A stretch of 64,000 nucleotides of DNA, from NCBI GenBank assembly GCA_010405405.1, contig MU004239.1, forward strand, positions 1,240,001-1,304,000, written 5' to 3'. The notes under the pieces were generated by a model. That model was not told the DNA's origin. It worked only from the letters and a program-made list of their open reading frames with translations, and did not search any database. The DNA is from Microthyrium microscopicum (lineage: Eukaryota). This document shows, piece after piece, positions 38,174 to 51,014 of the stretch (position 1 is the stretch's first letter; every line of letters starts with the position of its first letter). Both the position numbers and the translations under genes were made by a program.

Positions 38174-39173
38174 TCAGTAATTATCCGCTCCGTATCCAGC
38201 CGCTCCTCCCTTATCGCTTGGCTCATCCATACTCAAGATTCGTTGACCTGGTCCCAGCTTAACGTGATGTTTCAACATGTGCTTCAACAAATCGACGTCT
38301 CTAGCAAAACATGAGTTACACTCCGCATCCTTGTACGGCCATATACAGGTCCAGCCGTCTGCTCTTCCTCTCTCCCGGGCGCAATGTGCTTTGAACAGCC
38401 CAACAGGGTCCATCCAGATCCTGCTTTGATTCGCATCATTGCGAGACACCCGAAGCGAGATGGTGTTGACGACCATGCTACAGTGACTGCACGCGTACTC
38501 TTCGCCGTTTGAGTTCGAAATTGGTCTAGCTACGCGCCACAGATGGACACGACCTTCGCGGTAGGCGCGTGCATTTTTGCAGGTGTTTGCATGATAGCGC
38601 GGATTTGAAGTGCGTGAGGGCGGCGGATGAATTGTGGAGGAGATGCTCGTAGCGTTGAGATATGGATCTGTTGATATAGGAAGACGCAGCGATGAAGCCA
38701 TTGCAAATTGCCGAGATTGGTTAAGGACGCTCTGGTATCCCATCAGAGCACCTTCGAACGGGTGGCTTGGACGAATTAATGACTTCATCTCGCGGAGAAC
38801 GAGAGACGGGCCGCTCGGAAAGATATCAGACTCTACTGGAAGAAAGATCGAGATTAGCTGTTACTCGTGCCGACGCCTATAAGGTGAATAATGCACTTCG
38901 AATGAGACTGTGGCTCATGAGGAACAGCATAGCTCATAGGAGGAGCTAAATCCGAACATGAGTGAAGAACTCACCATGATCCAAGTCTGATAGCTCTGAA
39001 GAATTGTCTTCCTCGGATCCACGACCACCTCGTAGACCAATGCTTAGAGCATTATTAGGCTGTACTTGCTTCGCTGCTTTCTTCTTTTGATGTCTCTTCA
39101 TTAACCATTTGACACCAGCTATAGAGGAGCCAACTATGCCCAGCGCCGCGGCTGCCGTTTCTACGGCAGGCAT
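38174..39173 (-). CDS. Uncharacterised protein with a C-terminal Cys/His (C2H2-like) zinc-binding region
   Basis: Exon 1 MPAVETAAAALGIVGSS..., then an intron GTGAGT..GCTAAT..CAG joins in frame to ORF 38174-38788; YACSHC, LFKAHC, WTCIW..C..F....LLKHMLKHH. Confidence 0.7.
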
Positions 39174-39964
39174 TGGTTAGGCTGAATGATGTAGAGAGCC
39201 TGTGATGGGAGGGTATACACAGAAAAAGAAAAACAAGCAAAACAAGTGGAGATAGATCTTGGAGAAGATTCAAAGCTTGAGCATCTCCAAAGCCATGGAA
39301 ATCAACTATTCACCGAAATGCAGGCAGCATACCACCAGGCTGGAGTAGGTTCTGAAAGGAGCATCCTCGCCTTCCAAGATTACGAATAGCTACCTACCTT
39401 CCAAACTCATTATCATACCATGTGAGAGAGCGAAGTAGTGCAGTGGCGCAAGATTTCCTTACGACGAATAAGATTGAACCACGTTAAGTGAGGCTTAATG
39501 CTGAAGAGAGTTTATCAGGCTGATACTTTGATGGCTGTCACCTGCATATGTGCACTCTCTTCACGAGGCACACTACTGATCCGGCTCAGCCTACAAGAAG
39601 CCGCCAGCAGTACAAGTAGGTATTTTTTGCTATAAAGGAGGATGTGGCTGTCAACAAGTCTGCTATACAAAATGGACGCTTGGCTTTATCGACTGCGATG
39701 TCTCCCAGCAGGAAGCAAAGCACTGAATAATCAACCGTAGCAGATGGAAGGCTTCACAGATGATAAAAACATGCCATTCCACAATGTCGCCCTGTCGGGG
39801 TACGTATATCAACTAACTTAATCTACCAACAAATATAAGCTCGGACATTGCTCAGAGTGACCGAGAGCGGATTAATATATATTCTCAAATCTCATATCTG
39901 AACATTGCCAAAACAAAGAAAGCAACATAACGATGTCTTTTATCGTTCATCCATTCGCGCAATT

Positions 39965-41009
39965 ATGCATATTCCATTTGCTCTACTGTTGATCGGTGCT
40001 AAGTTGGCTTCAAGTATTCCATCTGTTGCGGCTAGCGACATAGCACCATCATATGTGGGCTATTTAATATCTACCTTCTCGGATGTTGAACCTACTGTGA
40101 AGTTCTATCTCTCGAACGGCAATGATCCTGGAAGTTACAAATTCCTGAATAGGCGGAAAGCAGCTCTAATATCCACTGTTGGCACCAGAGCAGTTCGGGA
40201 TGTATTCCTGGCAGTGAACGGAGATAGAACCATGTGGTATATGATTGCAACCGGTCAGTCGGCCAAGAAAGTGAATCCATCTGGCTCTAATGAAGATAGA
40301 TCTCGATGTGAAAGCCCCGGGATTTAGTTGGGATAAGGCCACTAGGAAAGGAAGTCGAAGCATTGTAGTTTTTTCGTCGCCTAACCTAGTCGACTGGAGC
40401 GCACCAAGCCTTGTCACAGTAGAGGATAGCACAGCTGGCATGGTATGGGCCCCTTCCGCCGTATGGGATGAGAAAACGTCTCAATTCCACGTCTTCTGGG
40501 CATCAAAGCACTACCAAGCATCCGACAAGGACCATACCGGCAAGGCAAATCAAGATCGGATTCGCTATGCCTCGACCGCAGACTTCAAAACATTCACCGC
40601 CCCAACAGACTACATTGCATATCCAGGAACACCAGTCATTGATCAAGAATTTCAATACCTGGGTACTCCAGGACACTTTGCACGCTTCTTCAAGAATGAG
40701 ACACAAAGCCAAGTATATCAAGAAATGTCAACCACTGGACTCTTTGGACAGTGGAAGTCGCTTGGTCCAGTAACACCCCAAAAGAGCCTCGAGGGGCCGG
40801 CTTGTTTTGCCGATATCAAGAACCCGGGGGTCTATCATCTACTGCTTGATGATTATAAGCAATATATCCCCTTTACGACGATGGATATTAGCTCGGGGAA
40901 ATGGCAGAAGTCCAACTTCCCACTGTTTCCGAGCGGCTTGAAGCATGGTAGTGTCACTCCCGTTACGCAGGCGGAGTATGAGGCTGTAGAACGCCGATTT
41001 CCTGCTTAA
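39965..41009 (+). CDS. Secreted glycoside hydrolase family 43-like (arabinanase/arabinofuranosidase-type)
   Basis: Signal peptide; YLSNGND, GTRAVRDVFL, WYMIAT|DL, MVWAPSAVWD, VIDQEF, LEGP, KHGSVTPVT; intron at ~40254-40299. Confidence 0.9.
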
Positions 41010-43690
41010 ATCGCCTCCGTTTGGTATCAACGGTTGAAGAGCAAAGCTCGATATTTGAACACATTTTTTCAAATTTTTATCGAATGCGCTGGGAGTTGAA
41101 GTATTTTACAATCAAGTCGCCGGTCGTAACCATCTTCCCGAGGACCATCTTACTATTTCCAGTCCTACCATGAAGAAGTCTTTGAGGATATTATATCCTT
41201 GAAAAAGGCAGGACACAGCCTTTTGTAACAGCCTTGGAGGATCAAGGCCTAATTAGCAGAAAACTCGTGCTCCGGATTACATCATTCGATACGTTGACTC
41301 ATCAGAAACCTTAATTCGGTGGTAGAAAAGGGGCCTCGGGGAGGTTGAGTACCTACACGATGGCAAATTCTGGTGGTGGTGTTGCTTGGATGGGATGCGA
41401 AAGATCACTACAATAACTTTAGCATAGGTCTCCAATACGAGCCTTATTGTAGAGCAAAGTATATCTGCGACCTTGTAGACCTTAAAATTTCCATATTTCA
41501 ACGCAATTTCAATATCAAGCTGATATTCCATACTCGATCGGGCAAGCAGAGACAAGATGTAGTAATATCTCGTCCAAATAAGCTCATCTTTGGATCAAGA
41601 CATCTTTTTTCAGAGTGTATCGCAAGACAATGATGGATGTTCAAATGATCGACAGATGGCTTGTCTCTCTCTTTCCCGAATTGCTTTTCAGACACGAAAC
41701 TCGAGAATTGCGCGAACAAGACACGAACCCTTTTGGACAAGGTCCAACCCTTGTCAACCTACGTTCGAGCAATATAGATTAAAATGCCATGGTCCACCAT
41801 GTATGGTGGGTGCACAGGAAACAACTCCGATCGGAGGCCAAGAGATGCGGACCGTCGAAATGTTCAGCTATTCCGACAATTCAACTAATAATAGGAGTTC
41901 AGTAATGGTAGATCCAATTGTCGTCTGAAGTTGTACAGCATATGATATCATGTTCTCCGATACGGATGTGCCTGGGGGAATGACGATAAATCTCCCGTGC
42001 CGGACGATCAAATGTTGTGGCGCTGAGGCGTCTAAAGCAAAGAAAAGGAAGTTTTAGCAACGGATATCATGAGAATTTCATCGGATGCGGGTCTTCGCAG
42101 TTGTACAACAGCATGTGGGTCGGTCATTAGGAGACAAATATAAGACTTGGTCTTACGTAGCAAGCATACGTCGGACTTGTCATCATTTTCACTGACAAGT
42201 AAAAGCGAAGTGCGAGGAGAGAAAAAGGGGCCTGGCCTCGAACACAAGAGTGGGGCTCTCGCACATGTTGCGGTGGTGAACGATTGTACCAAATATCGTT
42301 GAACCAGTCGCCAGAAATGTATGGAAAACATGGCACGACGTTAGATTATTTTGATTTGCGTAGATTGTATGGGTTCGGACAGGTCCAAATTTTTATATGC
42401 TAGCCGTTAGCGATTTGCACGAGGATGGTTGGGCGGGCCAGTAACAAAGAAAGATGGGATTCCGGAAGCAGTAGATTAAGCGCTGCCAGCATTCCACAGA
42501 CGAATCAGGGTGGATGGATGACCCTGGGTAAATAGTGCGCTGGCTAGAAGCGCCGTTGTCCAGGCAGTTGGATTTGAGCTTAAAAGATTGCTTCAACACT
42601 TTCAGTTTGTGGTGAAGATGAGAAAAAAGGGAGGTACAGCGGGCGTTCATGTATGATATCGTTTTCTTGAAGGATGGCAGGCCACAGATATGCGGGTGAA
42701 TGCCGCTGTCCGTCGCTTGTCATTTACGGTGCATTTACAAGGTATATCTACCATTTTTCACAGGGCTAAGCCTGTTCCTGAAAATGGCGGTCGTCTTGCA
42801 TGTTGTGGGGACTTTTGATCACTGCTGTGGTGAAGCACTATACCATAACGGGCCGTTAATTTAAGCCTCCTTAACAATCAACATGTTGGCCGAGAAATAG
42901 CCTCTGATCATTTTGCTGTAATTGTTCGCTGTTGGCCCTGGATCGTTTTTTAGGAAATGCAATCTCTACTAGTTGCCGTGCTCCGTGCTCGACTTACACC
43001 ACTTTAGTCTTTGATCTGTCTAGAGTACCTAGTCTCTACTGATAGTCTCTACAATCTCATCTTGAATAGTTGTACTCTTAGCCTCCTAAACTGTCCATCT
43101 ACATCCGGACATCTTCTTTGCATCTTTTTCCCTTTTTCTACCAACTATCTGTCGCTCTCTGGAAAGCCCTTTGTGTGTTTTTGCATTTATATTTTTTATT
43201 TGTTTGTATTGTCTCAGACTCGACCTGCCCAGTGCCCATCGCCTAACCACCCCCAACCATCTTTGCCAGCAATCCAGCAAGGGGACCACACACCATACAC
43301 CACAGAGCATTGAATGCTCAAGCTTCTACAACTTCTTTCAACAAAAACACCATTATCCATTGTCAAATCCCATCACCGGCCCCCGTTGACGTTTCCATTG
43401 TTTCTGCATTCCCGCCTGTCACCACTCGCCTCCCCATCAAACCTTTGGGGGTTACCTGCTGCTTGTACCCATTCGCACCTGTCTAGGAGGTCTCTCGCGC
43501 CTTTTCCAACAACATCTGTTTCATCTCTTCCCTTCCATCCTATCTTTTCTCTGGCCCCGTCTCTCCAACATTGAAACGTCTCATCATTCGCTCCCTCCCT
43601 GGATGCCCCTCAAGAGCCACATAGCAAGCAATCCACAGTCACTCCACGCCGGACACGCGCCCTCGCCGCCCGCACGAGGCCTCATGAGCC

Positions 43691-46597
43691 ATGAGCCTCA
43701 GATCAAATCTGCTGCCAAACCATGCCCCTGCTCCGCCCCTCTCCCCTCTGACGCCCGCCGATTCCGACTGGAGCCCTCTTCACTCCTATCAGTACTCCAA
43801 CACTGGCAGAAGCAGCCCAGCAGTCACCCCAGGCCTCAACTCCAACTTCGGTCCCAAACCACCTATACCTAATCCCGCCGATACACCACCACTCTCCGTA
43901 CATTCCAGCGCAAACTCTAGCGGCCCAGATGGCCCTCTCAGCACACGTCCACATGGCAATCCTTCTCCACCGAGCTCAATAGGCCGCGCCAGCTCTATTG
44001 GCCGGGCATCCATCGTCACAACTGCTACAATCGATGAAAGAAAGCTACAAGAGATGGAACAAACACTAGCTACCCATCATCGGGCGCTGGTCCGGTATCT
44101 GGCTCCATACCTTAGAGAGCTACGGTCAGATCCACGGCAAGATCGCGCGCGCGACAAGCTCCAACGACTGTCTATGAGCCAATTTCAAGAATTAAGTACA
44201 GATGTATATGATGAACTTACGCGGCGCGACGAAGAACGAAGACGAGGTGGACCAACCCCTGGAAACCCAACACCTAAGTATCTGTTGCCGAAACCAAAAT
44301 TCCACCCCAAGCGAAATCAAGCGCGTCAAAAACTATCGGTACTGGTGCCAGATCGATTCCAACAGTTGGCAACAGACGTTTTCTTCGAACTTGAACGTCG
44401 ATTCCCTCGATTCGGTCGCTCCCAAAGTCGTGCCGAAAGCATTCCCGATCGAAATACACCCAGTCGCAATGGCAACTACCCACCACGCGGTCAATCGAGA
44501 AACGATTCCCGAAGTCAGTCAAGAGATGGCTTTAGACCTGGTTTACCTGGTCCTTATGGCGGAAATCCAGGAGTACAGCCAGGTCTCGATGATCAACCGA
44601 ATGTACTGGGGAAACCTCTGCCGAAAATATATCAAAGTAATACAATCATGCCCAGTAAGGGTGTAATGGTGGAAGACGATGGCGAAGTGGATGGCTCAAG
44701 ATCAATTAATGGCGGGCCAGAAACATTAATGAGCCAATATTCAAAACAACAATCTGAGCCTCCGGACTCAAGGGTTGAGGACTTGATGAATCAGTTGCAG
44801 GAGAAAGATAGACAATTGGCGGAGGTACAATCAGCGTCACGCGAAGTAAGCAACCTGATAATTTTGTATGACAATACTAATAGTGAGCAGGATATGGATA
44901 GAGAAAAATCCCAATGGGACGATTTGAGATCTGACTTGGAGCGCAAGCTTAGGGACGCTGAATCATTAAACAATTCTATGCAAGCTGAGCTTATCAAGGT
45001 CCAAGCAGACAAATCTGAGATGGAACGGAAACGCGGTTTTGAGACGGATCTTCAAGCACAACTCAACGAGACCAAGGAAGCCAATCAAGAAATGGAACGT
45101 AACTTGAGATCGCAATTGCAAGTAGCACGAGAAACTGCTCAACGGACCGAGCAGAACCTTACAATGCGACTGGAAGAAGCTCAGAGCCAGCCCGACCGTG
45201 GATACGACGAAAGTATGGAGTGGAGACAAAGGTGTGATCTTTTGGAGAATGACTTGGTTGAGCAAAGAAAGATTACCGAAGAGGTACAAAATGAAGCCGC
45301 ACAATTCCTGCAAGAGATGCGGACCTTGTCGCAAAGGAGCACTGATTCCGTCGAGAAAGAAGAGAAGCTTCTGGATCAGATTGTACAGCTTGAAAGAGAA
45401 GTGAGGGTATGGAAGTCAAGATACGCCAAATCAAAAAGCCAAGCCAGGTCTTTGCGGTCATCTTCCCTAGGCTTACCGGCGCGGGATATCACAGAATACA
45501 ACGATGACAGTGCCTTTGTCGCTCAGGATGGCGTTATCAAGGACTTTCACGTTATGAACTTCCAGGTCTCCATTGATGAATTGCTCCAGCAAACAAGGAA
45601 TGGCGATTCAGGACTCATTAATGAAAGTATGAAACAGGTTATCATGGCTGTTCGCTCAATTACTCTCGACATGGATTCCCTGGAAAATGCTGAAGCGAGC
45701 ACACCAAACAAGCGAGCGAAACTTCGCGTACGCCTATCTCAGGCCGCCAACAACCTCATCACCGCGTCTAAATCGCATACAGCATCAGCAGGAATTGCGC
45801 CAGTAACGCTAGTCGATGCTGCGGCCTCACATCTTACTACTGCTGTGGTAGATGTCATCAAGATACTCAAGATCCGCCGCTCCACACCAGAAGAGCTTGA
45901 ACGCGAGGAAGCAAATAACGACACCCTCTCTGTCCGCCCTGCGTCTCGACCTGTCTCTGCCCGTCCTCCACCACTGGCCCCCTTGAAGACGCGTGGAAAT
46001 GGTAGCATCAGCAACTCGTCTCAAGGAACTGGTGTCGCACGTAACACCAGTGTCTCCTCCACAGGCTACAGCGCGTACAGTCGCTACTCTGGCCGCTACA
46101 GCATGAACACCTCCCCTCCCGCCATGAGCGCTGGGGGCGATATTCCAAACTACGGCACCAGTGCCATGGGCATGCTCCGCGAAGACGGCATCCAAGAATT
46201 CGTCAACTATATCGAAGACACCTCCGCGCTGCTCGTCCGTAGCATCCAACCACTGGTCAACACCATTCGCTCCCAGCCTACCATCCTCGCATCGGATCCG
46301 GCCGTTGTCTCCTATGTCTCCGAAATCTCAGGAACAGTGGCGCAAATCGTAATGAAGGCCAACAGCGCTGTCTCAGATCTCAACAACGCCGCTCTCGAGA
46401 AACACGCACCACCAGTCATCAGCGTCCTCGACACCACTGGCCGTGAACTGCTCACGACCAAGGACCGCGGAGACGTAAGCGGAATGCCACAACTCGCCTT
46501 CCGTATCGCTCGCGCGACCAAGGAACTGCTCTGGCGTGTCCAGCGCATTGAGGACGGTGAAGTCACAGCCTCTTCCTCTCTTCCCCTCGAAATATGA
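43691..46597 (+). CDS. SPA2: Polarisome component Spa2/SpaA (GIT Spa2-homology domains plus coiled coil)
   Basis: RARDKLQRLSMSQFQELSTDVYDEL and RNQARQKLSVL...FQQLATDVFFELERRFP repeats; coiled coil; probable 45-nt intron 44846-44890. Confidence 0.95.
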   Translation: MSLRSNLLPNHAPAPPLSPLTPADSDWSPLHSYQYSNTGRSSPAVTPGLNSNFGPKPPIPNPADTPPLSVHSSANSSGPDGPLSTRPHGNPSPPSSIGRASSIGRASIVTTATIDERKLQEMEQTLATHHRALVRYLAPYLRELRSDPRQDRARDKLQRLSMSQFQELSTDVYDELTRRDEERRRGGPTPGNPTPKYLLPKPKFHPKRNQARQKLSVLVPDRFQQLATDVFFELERRFPRFGRSQSRAESIPDRNTPSRNGNYPPRGQSRNDSRSQSRDGFRPGLPGPYGGNPGVQPGLDDQPNVLGKPLPKIYQSNTIMPSKGVMVEDDGEVDGSRSINGGPETLMSQYSKQQSEPPDSRVEDLMNQLQEKDRQLAEVQSASREVSNLIILYDNTNSEQDMDREKSQWDDLRSDLERKLRDAESLNNSMQAELIKVQADKSEMERKRGFETDLQAQLNETKEANQEMERNLRSQLQVARETAQRTEQNLTMRLEEAQSQPDRGYDESMEWRQRCDLLENDLVEQRKITEEVQNEAAQFLQEMRTLSQRSTDSVEKEEKLLDQIVQLEREVRVWKSRYAKSKSQARSLRSSSLGLPARDITEYNDDSAFVAQDGVIKDFHVMNFQVSIDELLQQTRNGDSGLINESMKQVIMAVRSITLDMDSLENAEASTPNKRAKLRVRLSQAANNLITASKSHTASAGIAPVTLVDAAASHLTTAVVDVIKILKIRRSTPEELEREEANNDTLSVRPASRPVSARPPPLAPLKTRGNGSISNSSQGTGVARNTSVSSTGYSAYSRYSGRYSMNTSPPAMSAGGDIPNYGTSAMGMLREDGIQEFVNYIEDTSALLVRSIQPLVNTIRSQPTILASDPAVVSYVSEISGTVAQIVMKANSAVSDLNNAALEKHAPPVISVLDTTGRELLTTKDRGDVSGMPQLAFRIARATKELLWRVQRIEDGEVTASSSLPLEI

Positions 46598-47633
46598 ACA
46601 ACCCAACCACATCTCAACCACAATCATAAACCATCAAGTCGAAGAGCATTAAACCCCTCCATCCCCAAAAAACGAGACGAAGACTTACGAACCAAACTTA
46701 CCCATCCGCTGCCACCGGCGCCGGCTACATCATAACCATCATATACCATTTGCATGTTTTCCCACCAGCATCAAAAATCCCACCAGCATCTACACAAACG
46801 CATCTACTACCTTTAATTCAACGACCACCAACCCACCGTGCCATATTGGCCTTTCTTATCCTACTTCCAGGCCAGTTCCCGGAACACTTATTCTGTACTA
46901 TTACAACACTTTTTTTTCTATGCGGCTTTAGGCAGAGCATTTCATCTTGGCATTCGGCGTTTGATATACCCCTACCTGCAGAACTTGTTTCATTTGACCT
47001 TGTATTGGAAAAAACAGGTCGCTTGGTATTACCTTTTATAAACCATGGAAACCCCTGGGACCCTCCGGTGCCCTCCGGGACAGCTTCCCTTGGGATAGGG
47101 AAAAAGGCTTTTCATGAGACGATGGGAAGCATTGAGCGTGATTGGTTATGGGGTTATGGAGATTTTTATGTAGTATTGTTTAATTTTGATGCTGTGGATG
47201 CTGGGGTTGCATTGCGGCTGTTGTGTTATTTCTGTGTTTTCTTGTGATATGTGTGATGTGTTATGCGTGGTGGTGAGGTTTTATGTAAGATGAATTTGTT
47301 CTTTTGACGAGATCTGGGGTAGTTGATGTACGGATACGATTGTTGAGCCCTGGGGTAGGGAGATTAGTTTTGGTAGTGTGGGAGGCTGAGATGGCGGCGT
47401 TCGTATCGTGTTGTTCTAGAAGATTGGGAGATGAGTCATTGGGGGCCAGAGGATATGCTGTTGACCGGTTTGGTGGTTGCTTTTTATGAGTTGTTGTTTA
47501 TATCGTGTTTTCTTGATGTCGATTTACTCTCTGCGTTGTATGGTTTCACTCGATCAGATAAATGCAGAGTTTGGCATCTACAACGGTGGTAGAAATGGTA
47601 CCTACCTAGCCACGAACTACTACTAATTTTCAG

Positions 47634-48810
47634 AAGACACAAGAAATGGGTGTCAATAAAGATTATGATGGCCGAGTATTCTGAGGAGTGTCACTAGGAT
47701 CAAATGATAGAATTGTTGAAAAATATGCCAGCCGCGGATAGAATTGTGACGCTGCTTGACACTTTCTTTCATCAAGGACCTAATGGAAAGCACAAATGCC
47801 TTGTCTTTGAACTTCTTGGTCCGACGATTTATTTCCTAGTGAAGTGGCTTTCTGATGATGGAGGCTTGGACGAACGAATGGAGCCAGAAACGATGTTGAA
47901 GATAACAAAGCAGCTCTTAGAAGCAGTTGCTTGTCTTCATAAATCAGGGTACGCCCATGGCAGTTAGTCTTATCAATCTGTTCCGTAGAGTCGTGGACTG
48001 ACTTTATATTACGCAGACATCAGCTGTCTAAGCATTGCTTTCACGAGCCCGAAACTGACAAGGCTGTCAAAAAAGAAGATTCTCAAATCATTGGCCAACC
48101 GAATCTTGAGGAGCTCATCCGACTAGATGGCAAACCAATTGACCCCAGTATGCCAGAGCAGCTGATAGAAGCCGCAGGCTGGAATGACTGGCTTGACGAG
48201 GATGATGAAGATATTCGCCTAATTGATTTTACACAGACATTCGCCCACGGCAATGAACCAGCCGAGCTCTCTCAGCTGCCTGGCTTGGAGTGTCCAGAGA
48301 CTATCTTTACTGATAGTTTCGATTATCGCGTTAATCTCTGGCGTGTGGGTTATACGGTATGTGGAATCTGGATTCACTCTTCCTAGTGCTCAAGAATAAA
48401 TACTGAACTCGCTCAGGATATACACGATGCTGTTTGCTTCAATGCCACTTATGACATTGGGAGATATCAATTTCGTCGTCGTGCAAATGATTGACTTCAT
48501 CGAGGAATTGCCGGAGGAATGGGAGACGAAATGGGCTCAAATGCAGGAGGAAGCTGGAAGAGAACCGCACACTATACCCCGTACGTCTTGCCAGATTATC
48601 GACTGATCAAGCCTGTTTGAAGTGGCTCGCTGACCCTCTAGCGTAGGTGGATCTGACGAACGGTCAGTGCTGGAGCAAAAGTTTCATGATGGGATCCACG
48701 ATCCAAGTCTGCGGCAACTTCTTCCAATTATCAAGGGCCTCATGAGATTTCGACCTTCTGATCGAATGGAAGCGTCTTCTGCACTTGAGCTGCTTGAATC
48801 GTTCTATTGA
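47634..48810 (+). pseudogene. Disrupted SRPK/CMGC-like serine/threonine kinase
   Basis: WVSIKIMMA, LLDTFFHQGPNGKHKCLVFELLGP, IRLIDF, CPETIF, MRFRPSDR motifs, but with an in-frame TAG (~47695), a frameshift (~48075-48090), and HGD->HGN, DFG->DFT, DLW->NLW substitutions. Confidence 0.8.
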
Positions 48811-49357
48811 GCTTTTCACATGCTCTTCATGTCTCCGAGTTGAATTTAGGTCACTTCAAAGATTTGAATGATGGCGAAAGCATAATCTTGACGAAGAAAA
48901 TGACTGATGTGCTCCCATCAATAATGGTGTCCGTTATCGCCTTCTGTAAGGAGAAGATGAGTTTTAAGAGAGACTACCGACTAGTATGTGGCCACAGTGA
49001 GCGTAAGAATCATCATGTAGGGGTCTAAAACCAAACAGGAGAATCTAGGAATACTCAAGATGATTAAAGAAATAGATGCGTCTGCCGAAACGGAACAGCA
49101 GGATATGTGGTAGAGAATGATTGAAAGTGACGAAAAGAACTTGTATATGCACGATCGCAGATTACAATTCCCTCGGCAGAACGCATTGCTACTTCTTAGC
49201 ATTGCAGACTTGATATTTCATTACTAGCTCATTTTCCCTCTCATCATCATCATCATCAAGTAGCCATCTCCCTTTGATAACAACCAGCGGATGTGAGCAT
49301 TGTTCTCTATTTCACAATGAGCCAGCTAATACCCATCAGCTCATGAACTTTTTGAAA

Positions 49358-50014
49358 CTACGTGTCAGGGAATAGCGACCTTCGATTGATGATCGTTGTC
49401 CTCGACAACTCGAACACCCGCCCATTCTGCAAATCTGCACTCTTCAGTAGCTCCCAATCCAGCACAGTCTCCCCCTTGACGTCGAATTTGATCTCAGAGT
49501 CTCGGTCAGACATGTAGGCAGGATGCACTGGAAACTTGCGCAGTGTCATGCGGGCTTTCTGATGCACTACGCTTTTATACAAGCCTTTCTCTATCCAGGA
49601 CTTTAGGCGCTCGACTTGGAGGTAGTCGGCGAGGGCTTCTATTTTGGCGTATGTGATGCCGTCGAAGCCATCTTCGCGGGTCCAGAGGAGTGGCATTACG
49701 CCGGTGCGCAGATAGGAGAGGATGTGGGCGAAGGCGGGTGGGTCAAAGTCGTAGTAGTAGTGTGGTGTGGTGTCTTTCTGGGTGGCTTCGGTGGTGATGG
49801 TTGTGCTGCTCTGTTCTGCCATTCTATAGATTTATTAGCAAGGTAGCTCTGATAGAAAATAGTTTGCGCGCTGGAATATTTTGCTTTACCGGCTTTCCAA
49901 GTCAAACATGCTGCGGAAATAGTCGCTGCCGCCATATATGCCATGGATCAAGATGTCTTTGGTGGTGGTAAAAGTCTGGTCACCAACTTCCAACGTGATT
50001 TTATCAGTTGACAT
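49358..50014 (-). CDS. BTB/POZ (KCTD/T1-type) domain protein
   Basis: Exon 1 MSTDKITLEVGDQTFTTTKDIL...SDYFRSMF, intron ~49889-49826, then DFDPPAFAHILSYLRTG...ADYLQVERLKSWI. Confidence 0.85.
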
Positions 50015-50264
50015 ATTGATGAAATCTGTACGAAACGGCTGGTTATCTGGATGTGATGAGGCTGTAGCGATAAAGTTGGTGTTTCAAAGCATTCGAGGTC
50101 TTGTGTCATTTGACGATGTTGTTCCTGTGCCCATGAGGGAGGACATTTGCACATATTGCGTTATGACTACATGCTTTATAAGTGTTAGGGACGCTAGCAT
50201 TCACCTTGTAATCCATAATGTCTGGGCATTTTACAGCAAGATTCCATATTCCCAGCATACCAGG

Positions 50265-51014
50265 TCAGTGATGAGTTGGAGTTAAAAGCCGCCGCACTAT
50301 TGACGGGGAATTGTGGTAGACTAGTTCAACCAAGCAAGGCTTGCAATCTTTTAACTTCATGTGCTCAATTACTTCCTGAAGATGTGCTTTTTTGTCGGTA
50401 AATGCCAAGTGCCAATATTTTCGGTGTCCATATTTGCTTTCAAGCACCTCATGATAGCCAAGCTTCATGGCCAATCATTGGCACTCTGGCTGACTCTATA
50501 CAGAGCACACTGATGGCCCTTCTAACAGTTTCTGTAAAGAAATCGGGCCTCTTACCGCTCATGGAAAGTGTCAAACGCAGATTTTTGGATGTCTCCATAG
50601 GTAGTACTTACTTCCCGTTCTGTACTGCTTTCGCGAAAAAGAGATCACTGCCTGTCATGATATAATCAGAAGAGACAACAGACAACATATTGTACGATAC
50701 AAGGTAGAATTAACCTGACCTTCAGTTATCTGCCTAATGTTAGCCATAAAGCCGTTGCTCACAGCACTAACTAAGTTCAAACTGTGAGGTTTATGGACTT
50801 CGTTTAGAAGTACACTCCCAGTGTATGTACTGTTGAACCTTCCTTTCTCGAGCACTTTTTTTGTCAGTAATGCCAGAATGTGTTTGCCTAAAAGCAAGCA
50901 TCGTCTTCCGTAGTCGTTCTGAAGCAGCCGATTCAAGTCACATATCTTACCAGACACGCCATTTGTTTCCCGGAGGACGTCCTGATTCGGTAACTTCGCT
51001 GACTTTCCTTCCAA
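50265..51014 (-). other. Possible orphan multi-exon gene or gene remnant
   Basis: Same-strand ORF fragments (50655-51014, 50265-50474) with splice-like GTAAGT signals between them; no recognisable domain. Confidence 0.25.

Noticed and set aside
41100..43000. Short ORFs and a lone ATGATGA near 42185 upstream of SPA2
   Set aside because: No consistent frame, domain, D box or rRNA guide; treated as intergenic.
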